Origin: Pedosphaera sp.
Lineage (GTDB): Bacteria; Verrucomicrobiota; Verrucomicrobiia; Limisphaerales; SIBH01
Length of the DNA: 55,123 nt
Direction of reading: 5' to 3'
Assembly (NCBI GenBank): GCA_009695285.1
Contig: SIBH01000002.1
Location: 1-55,123 of the forward strand
Shown one piece after another: positions 48,511 to 55,123 of the stretch (position 1 is its first letter; each line of letters begins with the position of its first letter). Below the pieces are notes generated by a model that was not told where the DNA came from, made no database searches, and saw only the letters and a program-made list of their open reading frames with translations. The translations under genes were made by a program, and so were the position numbers.

Positions 48511-48599
48511 CGTTGCCAAAGTAGAATCTTTACAGAAACTATCAAGTATTACTTTTGTCATGTCGAACACATCATAAAAACGCTTCAACCGTTGGTGAT

Positions 48600-48647
48600 A
48601 ATAGACAATTAAAACTCTATTGACATGGTTGAGATTAAACCTAAGCT
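48600..48647 (+). promoter_or_regulatory. sbp promoter with an overlapping inverted repeat (candidate Rrf2 operator)
   Basis: AATAGA-N10-TCTATT (48600-48621) overlaps TTGACA (48620-48625); 16 nt spacer; TAAGCT. Confidence 0.6.
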
Positions 48648-48675
48648 GCGCCAGCAAATCCGAAGTCAATTCCTG

Positions 48676-49731
48676 ATGAACACCGTGATTAACATTGCGG
48701 CCCTCGCGCAAAAAGCGAGGGCGATGCTTCTCGCGCTGGCCGCGTTGCTGGCCGGGTCGGGCGTGGTCGCACCTGCGCGCGCGGCGGACAAACCCGTCAC
48801 GCTTCTCAACGTCTCCTATGATCCGACGCGCGAGCTGTATCGCGACTTGAACACCGCCTTCGCGGAGGATTGGAAACAGAAAAATAATCAGACAGTCATC
48901 ATCAAGCAGTCGCACGGCGGCTCCGGCAAACAGGCCCGCGCGGTGATCGACGGGCTGGAGGCGGACGTGGTCACGCTCGCGCTGGCTTACGACATTGATG
49001 CGATGGCCGCAAAAGGCAAACTGCTGCCTGCCGACTGGCAGACCCGCCTGCCGAGCAACAGCGCGCCCCACACCTCGACCATTGTGTTCGTGGTGCGGAA
49101 GGGAAATCCGAAAGGCATCAAGGATTGGGACGACCTGGTGAAGCCCGGCGTCGGTCTCGTGCCGGCGAATCCAAAAACTTCCGGCGGCGCACGCTGGACC
49201 TATCTGGCCGCGTACGGCGCGGCCCTCAAGCGAAACAACGGCGACGAAGCCAAGGCTAAGGAATACATCACCCAGTTTTACCGGAACGCGCCCATCCTCG
49301 ACACCGGGGCGCGCGGCGCGACCACCACCTTCATCCAGCGCCGCATTGGCGACGTGCTCGTCGGCTGGGAGAGCGAGGCGCTGATCGCCTTGCATGAGCT
49401 GGGCAAAGGCCAGTTCGAGATCGTGGTTCCGCCGGTCAGCATCCTCGCGGAACCGCCCGTGGCGCTGGTGGACAAAGTGGTGAAGAAGCGCGGCACCGAG
49501 GCGATCGCCCGGGCTTACCTCGACTTTCTCTACACCGAGGCCGGCCAGGAAATCGCCGCCAAACATTACTTTCGTCCGCGCCTCGAATCTGTCGCCCGTC
49601 AGCACGCCCGCCGCTTCGCGAAGGTGAACCTGTTCACCATCGACGAAGTTTTCGGCGGTTGGGCGAAGGCGCAGAAAATCCATTTTGCCGAAGGCGGCAT
49701 CTTCGACGGAATCTACAAGGACATCCGATGA
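48676..49731 (+). CDS. sbp: Sulfate ABC transporter substrate-binding protein
   Basis: [42 protein letters not shown]. Start is 48676 or 48724. Confidence 0.95.
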   Translation: MNTVINIAALAQKARAMLLALAALLAGSGVVAPARAADKPVTLLNVSYDPTRELYRDLNTAFAEDWKQKNNQTVIIKQSHGGSGKQARAVIDGLEADVVTLALAYDIDAMAAKGKLLPADWQTRLPSNSAPHTSTIVFVVRKGNPKGIKDWDDLVKPGVGLVPANPKTSGGARWTYLAAYGAALKRNNGDEAKAKEYITQFYRNAPILDTGARGATTTFIQRRIGDVLVGWESEALIALHELGKGQFEIVVPPVSILAEPPVALVDKVVKKRGTEAIARAYLDFLYTEAGQEIAAKHYFRPRLESVARQHARRFAKVNLFTIDEVFGGWAKAQKIHFAEGGIFDGIYKDIR

Positions 49732-49807
49732 CCGCTTGGAACGCCACCGTTGCGGTCGCGAAAAACTTTGTGCGGCCCCGTCTGGCTGGGATACGCTCGT
49801 GAAAATC

Positions 49808-50635
49808 ATGGCTGACAAGAAATTTAATCCGCTGCCTGGATTCGGCCTGACGCTGGGGTTCACCCTGTTTTACCTGAGCGTCATCGTCCTCATTCCCATC
49901 GCGGCGTTGTTTCTCAAATCGTTCAGCCTTTCCTGGCGGGAATTTTTGGATCTGGCCACCAACGCCCGTGCGCTCGCCGCCTACAAGCTCACCTTTGGCG
50001 CCTCCGCCATTGCGGCCCTGGCCAACGCCGTCTTCGGCACCCTCCTCGCGTGGGTGCTGGTGCGCTATGATTTTCCCGGACGCCGCTTCATCGACGCGCT
50101 GGTGGATTTTCCGTTTGCGCTACCCACCGCCGTGGCCGGCCTGACCCTCGCCAGCCTCTTCGCGGAGAACGGCTGGCTCGGACAATTTCTCGTGCCCTAC
50201 GGCATCAAGGGGGCGTTCACGCCGCTGGGCGTGGTGCTCGCGCTCACCTTTGTCGGCATGCCGTTCGTCGTGCGCACGCTCCAACCGGTGCTGGAAAATT
50301 TCGACCGCGGCGTCGAGGAGGCGGCGGCCACGCTGGGCGCGGGGCGCTGGCGGACGTTTCTCCGCATCATCGCGCCGACTCTGTTGCCGACCATCATCAC
50401 CGGGTTTGCGCTGGCCTTTGCGCGGGCCATCGGCGAGTACGGCTCGATTGTTTTCATCTCCGGCAACATGCCGTTCCAGACGGAGATCGCCCCAACGTTG
50501 ATCGTCATGCGGTTGGAGTCGTACGATTACACCGGGGCGATGGCGCTGGCGATTGTGCTCATGCTTTTCTCGTTCGTTCTGCTGGCGGCGATCAACTGGC
50601 TGGAAAATTGGGCCGGCAAATTCACCAAGCAATGA
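49808..50635 (+). CDS. cysT: Sulfate ABC transporter permease CysT
   Basis: LPGFGLTLG, DFPFALPTAVAG, PFVVRTLQPVL, EEAAATLGA. Confidence 0.95.
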   Translation: MADKKFNPLPGFGLTLGFTLFYLSVIVLIPIAALFLKSFSLSWREFLDLATNARALAAYKLTFGASAIAALANAVFGTLLAWVLVRYDFPGRRFIDALVDFPFALPTAVAGLTLASLFAENGWLGQFLVPYGIKGAFTPLGVVLALTFVGMPFVVRTLQPVLENFDRGVEEAAATLGAGRWRTFLRIIAPTLLPTIITGFALAFARAIGEYGSIVFISGNMPFQTEIAPTLIVMRLESYDYTGAMALAIVLMLFSFVLLAAINWLENWAGKFTKQ

Positions 50636-51531
50636 CTGCTTCCACCCAACGACGCGAACGCACGGCGGCCTCCACCCGGAGCACGCAGGAATCGCCTTTC
50701 GTAAAATGGACGCTCATCGGCGTGGCCATGCTCTTCGCCGGCGTGTTCCTCCTGCTGCCGCTGCTCAACGTCTTCGTGCAAGCCTTTTCCGCCGGTTGGG
50801 CCGGCTACTGGGGCGCGCTGACCGATGAGGACACTTTCTCCGCGATCAAGCTCACGCTCATCATCGCGGCCATCAGCGTGCCGTTGAACGTCGTCTTCGG
50901 ACTGGCCGCGTCCTGGTGCATCGCCAAGTTCGACTTTCGCGGCAAGGCGATGCTGCTCACCTTCATTGACCTGCCGTTTGCCATCTCGCCGGTCGTGTCC
51001 GGGCTGATGATCGTGCTGTTGTTCGGGGCGCAGGGCTACGCCGGCGAATGGCTCCAGGCGCACGACATCAAGATCATCTTCGCGCTGCCCGGCATGGTCA
51101 TCGCCACCATCTTCGTGACCTTTCCCTTCGTCGCGCGCGAACTGATCCCGGTGATGCAGGCCACCGGCTCAGATCAGGAACAGGCCGCGCTCACCCTCGG
51201 CGCGAGCGGTTGGCAGACCTTCTGGCACGTCACGCTACCCTCGGTGAAAACGGGCCTGCTCTACGGCATCATTCTTTGCAACGCCCGCGCGATGGGCGAA
51301 TTCGGCGCCGTCTCCGTCGTCAGCGGCCACATCACTGGGTTGACCGACACCATTCCGTTGCGCGTGGAGAAGCTCTACCATGAGTTCAACCCCGCCGCCC
51401 CGTTCGCCGTGGCCAGCCTGCTGGCCGTGCTCGCGCTGGTCACGCTGGCCTTGAAAACATTTTTGGAATGGCGCGAGCACCGGCGGCTCGAACTCGCGCC
51501 ACCACCGGAAAATCTCCCCCCGCCCGCATGA
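50632..51531 (+). CDS. cysW: Sulfate ABC transporter permease CysW
   Basis: DLPFAISPVVSG, PFVARELIP, CNARAMGEFGAVSVVSG; ATGA overlap with cysT. Confidence 0.95.
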   Translation: MTASTQRRERTAASTRSTQESPFVKWTLIGVAMLFAGVFLLLPLLNVFVQAFSAGWAGYWGALTDEDTFSAIKLTLIIAAISVPLNVVFGLAASWCIAKFDFRGKAMLLTFIDLPFAISPVVSGLMIVLLFGAQGYAGEWLQAHDIKIIFALPGMVIATIFVTFPFVARELIPVMQATGSDQEQAALTLGASGWQTFWHVTLPSVKTGLLYGIILCNARAMGEFGAVSVVSGHITGLTDTIPLRVEKLYHEFNPAAPFAVASLLAVLALVTLALKTFLEWREHRRLELAPPPENLPPPA

Positions 51532-52631
51532 GCATCGAACTAAAGAACGTCTCGAAAAAATTCGGCGGAGTTTCCGCCGTCCACGAGGTCAGCTTCTCGG
51601 TCAACGACGGCGAGTTGGTCGCGCTCCTCGGCCCCAGCGGCTGCGGCAAGACCACCGTGCTCCGTATGATCTCCGGCCTCGAACTGCCCACCGGCGGCGA
51701 CCTCTTCGTGCGCGGCGTGCGCGTGAACGACATTCCCGTCCAGCAGCGCAACATCGGCTTCGTCTTCCAGAGCTACGCGCTCTTCAAGAATATGACCGTG
51801 TTCAAGAACATCGCCTTCGGCCTCAAGATCAAAAAGTGGAAGCAGGCCGACATCGCAGCGCGGGTCGCCGAGCTGCTCACCCTGCTCGGCCTTGAAGGAT
51901 TTGAAAATCGCTACCCGCATCAGCTCTCCGGCGGTCAGCGCCAGCGCGTGGCCATCGCCCGCGCCCTGGCCCCCAAGCCCAGCGTGCTCCTGCTCGACGA
52001 GCCGTTCGGCGCGGTCGATGCCAAGATCCGCCAAGAGCTGCGCGAATGGCTCGTGCATCTCCATCACGATCTCAAAGTCACCACGCTCTTCGTCACGCAC
52101 GATCAGGAGGAGGCGATGGAGGTCTCCAACCGCATCGTCATCTTTTCGCGCGGCCACCTCGAACAGGTCGGCACGCCCCGCGAAGTATACGAGCAGCCCG
52201 TCAACGAGTTTGTCGCCCGTTTCATCGGCGTGATGAACGTCCTCGAACTCGAGGTGCGGGGTGGGATCGCCCGCGCCCACGAGCTGGAATTCCCCAACCA
52301 CGGCCTGCCGGACGGCCAGCGGCTCCGCATCGGCTTTCGTCCCTACGCCGTGCAAATTTCCACCAACCTCAAGACCTTTCGCTACCAAGCTGTCCTTCGG
52401 CACACCTATTTCCTCGGCGTCCTCCTGCGCCTCGAGCTGGAACTCCCCAGCGGCCTGACCGTCCGCGCCCGCATGACCAAGGAGGAATTTGCCCACCTCG
52501 GCCTGTCCGACGGCCAGTCCGTCTCCATGCAAATCCGCCAGTATCGCGTCCTCGCCCACGAAGGCGAGGTGCTCCGTCCTGAAGTCGCCACCACCTACGA
52601 CATCCCGGTGAATCTCGGTGAAGGCATCTAA
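51528..52631 (+). CDS. cysA: Sulfate ABC transporter ATP-binding protein
   Basis: GPSGCGKT, LSGGQRQR, LLDEPFGA, VTHDQEEA, TOBE-like tail; ATGA overlap with cysW. Confidence 0.93.
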   Translation: MSIELKNVSKKFGGVSAVHEVSFSVNDGELVALLGPSGCGKTTVLRMISGLELPTGGDLFVRGVRVNDIPVQQRNIGFVFQSYALFKNMTVFKNIAFGLKIKKWKQADIAARVAELLTLLGLEGFENRYPHQLSGGQRQRVAIARALAPKPSVLLLDEPFGAVDAKIRQELREWLVHLHHDLKVTTLFVTHDQEEAMEVSNRIVIFSRGHLEQVGTPREVYEQPVNEFVARFIGVMNVLELEVRGGIARAHELEFPNHGLPDGQRLRIGFRPYAVQISTNLKTFRYQAVLRHTYFLGVLLRLELELPSGLTVRARMTKEEFAHLGLSDGQSVSMQIRQYRVLAHEGEVLRPEVATTYDIPVNLGEGI

Positions 52632-52643
52632 GTCCAACTCGCC

Positions 52644-52985
52644 ATGAAAAATAAATTCATTCTCCCGTTGCTCTCCATCATCCTCGCTTTTTCCGCCATC
52701 CACGCCAGCGGTGCCGGGGAAAAAGCCCCGCTCACGCCCGCCGCCGACGGCTCCGTGCTCCTGCACTCGCGCGACGTGACCATTCACGGCAAGAACGTCC
52801 GCTACGAGCCGCAGACCAACAAAAACACCATCGGCTACGGGACCAAAGTGGAGGACTGGGTGAGATGGGACTTTGAGATCACCAAGCCGGACCGCTACAC
52901 GCTGGCGGTGAAGCCCAAGGTCAAGTCCGGCATGGCCGTGATGGATCTGCGGCAGGTGCTGCTCCGGCCCGTTCCGAAGAATTGA
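52644..52985 (+). CDS. Small secreted beta-sandwich protein, possibly internally deleted
   Basis: Signal peptide; HG..RYEPQ..KNTIGY..DWVRWDF..KP.RYTL.VKP..AVMDLRQV resembles a PVC sulfatase-associated accessory domain but seems shorter. Confidence 0.55.
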   Translation: MKNKFILPLLSIILAFSAIHASGAGEKAPLTPAADGSVLLHSRDVTIHGKNVRYEPQTNKNTIGYGTKVEDWVRWDFEITKPDRYTLAVKPKVKSGMAVMDLRQVLLRPVPKN

Positions 52986-52999
52986 GTCAGCCGCCTGGG

Positions 53000-53059
53000 G
53001 TTTGGAGTTCCGCCTTCTGGCGGTTCCGCAGCTTGCCGCCTAAAGGCGGAACTCCAAAC
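53000..53059. repeat. REP-like doublet (TTTGGAGTTCCGCC family)
   Basis: gtttggagttccgccttctggcgg ... ccgcctaaaggcggaactccaaac. Confidence 0.8.
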
Positions 53060-53098
53060 GAGAATTTCCAAACAGGCACTCAGACATTTTTCACGCCC

Positions 53099-54232
53099 AT
53101 GAAAGCCATCATCGCGCCGGACAAGTTCAAGGGAACCCTCACCGCCCCGGCGGCTGCCGAGGCCATCCGGCGCGGCTGGGCCGGCGTGCGTCCGCAGGAT
53201 GAACTGGAACTGCTGCCCATGAGCGACGGCGGTGACGGTTTCGGGGAAATCATTGGCGCGCTGCTCGGCGCGTCCACCCAGACGACCAGGACGGTCGATG
53301 CCGCGCACCGGCCCATCGAGGCCCAATGGTGGTGGAGTCCCGAATCGCAGACCGCGATCATCGAGGCGGCCCGCGTGAACGGCCTCGCGCAACTGCGGCC
53401 CGGGAATTTTCATCCATTCGAGCTGGACACGTTCGGTCTAGGCGCGTTGCTCCGGGCGGCGGTGGGGCAGGGGGCGCGCCGCTGCCTCCTCGGCATCGGC
53501 GGCAGCGCGACGAACGACGGCGGCCTCGGCCTGGCGCGGGCGCTCGGTTGGAATTTCTTCAACACGCACGGCCAGCGCATCGAACGCTGGACCGAACTGC
53601 ACACGCTCTCGGAAGTGCACCCGCCAGAGCGGATCGAGTGGTTCGAGGAAATGATCGTCGCCGTGGATGTGCAGAACCTGCTGCTCGGCGCGGGCGGCTG
53701 CACCCGCGTCTATGGGCCACAAAAAGGTTTGCGCGCGGAAGATTTTGAATTTGCCGAGCGCTGTCTCGGACGGCTGGCGGAGGTGTTCGCCAGGGAATTT
53801 CATCGCGACCCCGCCGCGCGGCCGGGCGCGGGCGCGGCCGGCGGACTGGGCTTTGGTCTGGTGGCTTTCTGCGGCGGAAGAATTGAACCGGGCTTCAGTC
53901 TCTTCGCCCGTTTCTCGCAACTGGCCGAACGCCTGCAGGGCGCGCAGCTCGTCATCACCGGCGAAGGAGCCATCGACGCGCAGACGCTCATGGGCAAGGG
54001 CGTCGGTGAACTGGCGCTGCTCTGCAAAAATTCCGGCGTGCCGTGCCTCGGCCTCGGCGGCGTGGTGTCCGACCCGGAAAGCGCCCGCGAACTTTTTCAC
54101 CAGACCTGCGCGCTCACCCCCGACCTCACCGATTCCGCACAAGCTTTGGCCAGCGCCGCCCATTGGCTGGAGCAGGCCGCCGCCAAGGCCGCGCGCGACT
54201 GGTGTGGCGGTGGGCGTCCTAGCCTGCCGTAG
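53099..54232 (+). CDS. glxK: Glycerate kinase (GlxK/GarK family)
   Basis: IAPDKFKGTL, PMSDGGDG, GIGGSATNDGG, YGPQKG, GAGAAGGLG, ITGEG. Confidence 0.92.
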   Translation: MKAIIAPDKFKGTLTAPAAAEAIRRGWAGVRPQDELELLPMSDGGDGFGEIIGALLGASTQTTRTVDAAHRPIEAQWWWSPESQTAIIEAARVNGLAQLRPGNFHPFELDTFGLGALLRAAVGQGARRCLLGIGGSATNDGGLGLARALGWNFFNTHGQRIERWTELHTLSEVHPPERIEWFEEMIVAVDVQNLLLGAGGCTRVYGPQKGLRAEDFEFAERCLGRLAEVFAREFHRDPAARPGAGAAGGLGFGLVAFCGGRIEPGFSLFARFSQLAERLQGAQLVITGEGAIDAQTLMGKGVGELALLCKNSGVPCLGLGGVVSDPESARELFHQTCALTPDLTDSAQALASAAHWLEQAAAKAARDWCGGGRPSLP

Positions 54233-54478
54233 AGGGCGCGCGTCCCGCCGCCCGGAAATATCCGGCCGAACTAATTGAGGTTCGTGCCAGTGAGTGGCAC
54301 TACCAGCCGGATGAGTTGCCGCCCGACGGAGCGCCGAGCATTGATCGGCTTGGGCGGGAAGATGTCCCTCCTGCCGGGCAATGCCCGGCGCTCCGTCACA
54401 CGATGGCCCGAGCCTCAATCACAGCCCGCCTCCGTCCGCTTCAATGCTTGGTGCCGGAAAAAATATTATTCCACCCGC

Positions 54479-54520
54479 TTGACACCGGTTTGATTTCTGG
54501 TATTTCAGTTTTAACAGAAA
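54479..54520 (+). promoter_or_regulatory. Promoter and palindromic operator of the GbsR-like regulator
   Basis: TTGACA at 54479; TTTCAGT-N4-ACAGAAA (54503-54520) overlaps the expected -10/+1 region. Confidence 0.65.
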
Positions 54521-54530
54521 CTACGAACAA

Positions 54531-55061
54531 ATGAGCAAGCTCACTCCAGTCCAGCAGAAGTTCATCCTCCATTGGGGCGAGATGGGCCTCAAGTGGGGCA
54601 TCAACCGCACCGTGGCCCAGATCCACGCGCTCCTTTTCATCTCGCCCAAGCCCCTCAACGCCGAGCAAATCTGCGACCTGCTGGACGTGGCCCGGTCCAA
54701 CGTCAGCACCAGCCTGCGCGAGTTGCAAAACTGGAAGATCGTCAAGGTGGTCCATACCATGGGCGACCGCCGCGACCATTTCGAGAGCATGAAGGACGCC
54801 TGGGAAATGTTCCGCGTGGTGCTGGACGAGCGGAAAATGCGCGAGATCGACCCGACCGTGGCGATGCTGCGCGACTGCGTGGCCGAGACCGAGAAGCCCG
54901 GCGCGAAGGACGAATACACCCGCGAGCGACTCGCCTCCCTGCGCGATTTCTTTGTGACGATGAGCGGTTGGTATGACCAGGTGGACCAACTTCCCACCAG
55001 CGGCATCATCAAGTTCGTGAAGATGGGGGACAAGCTCCGGAAGCTGTTCGGCGGCGGCTGA
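54531..55061 (+). CDS. GbsR/MarR family transcriptional regulator
   Basis: FILHWGEMGLKWGINRTVAQIHALL, ARSNVSTSLREL, GDRRDHF, REIDPT. Confidence 0.9.
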   Translation: MSKLTPVQQKFILHWGEMGLKWGINRTVAQIHALLFISPKPLNAEQICDLLDVARSNVSTSLRELQNWKIVKVVHTMGDRRDHFESMKDAWEMFRVVLDERKMREIDPTVAMLRDCVAETEKPGAKDEYTRERLASLRDFFVTMSGWYDQVDQLPTSGIIKFVKMGDKLRKLFGGG

Positions 55062-55078
55062 ATTTTTCTAACCTTGGC

Positions 55079-55096
55079 TTTCTGTGAATACGGAAA
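55079..55096 (+). promoter_or_regulatory. Second copy of the GbsR-like operator
   Basis: TTTCTGT-N4-ACGGAAA, overlapping an ATG at 55096 whose reading frame runs off the window end. Confidence 0.6.
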
Positions 55097-55123
55097 TGAC
55101 GAAAACGAACGACGCCACTGGCG

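Noticed and set aside
48511-49863. Apparent 604-aa Rrf2 fusion
   Set aside because: The N-terminal 450 aa are antisense to sbp and cross the promoter region. The real gene starts at ATG 48510.

Overview
A 55 kb, GC-rich chromosomal segment, probably from a Verrucomicrobiota (Pedosphaera/Limisphaera-like) genome. The taxonomy is inferred from protein styles and repeat families. Housekeeping genes include folB, gatB, ispH, dgt, pgm/pmm, a lone nuoA, smc, glgP, rlmN, the sbp-cysTWA sulfate ABC operon, glycerate kinase, tRNA-Lys and tRNA-Glu. Accessory genes include an fdhF-like/fdhD pair, secreted hydrolases and a 2428-aa lamin-tail/CotH-kinase surface protein. The best candidate for an undescribed system is the operon at 28542-33818. 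It encodes an HdrA-N-like Cys protein, a 2x[4Fe-4S] ferredoxin, a radical SAM enzyme and a DUF116-polyprenyl synthase fusion, with an inserted GIY-YIG gene, and suggests Fe-S/radical isoprenoid chemistry. Other highlights are a HAD-Nudix fusion coupled to folB (candidate for the folate dephosphorylation steps), tandem NrdR-like boxes upstream of smc, and candidate operators for an Rrf2 and a GbsR-like regulator. Several genes appear leaderless. Many REP-like palindromes and heptamer repeats are present, and four sit in-frame inside conserved genes. No CRISPR array, rRNA, integrase or transposase was seen. All assignments come from motif reading; no database searches were run.
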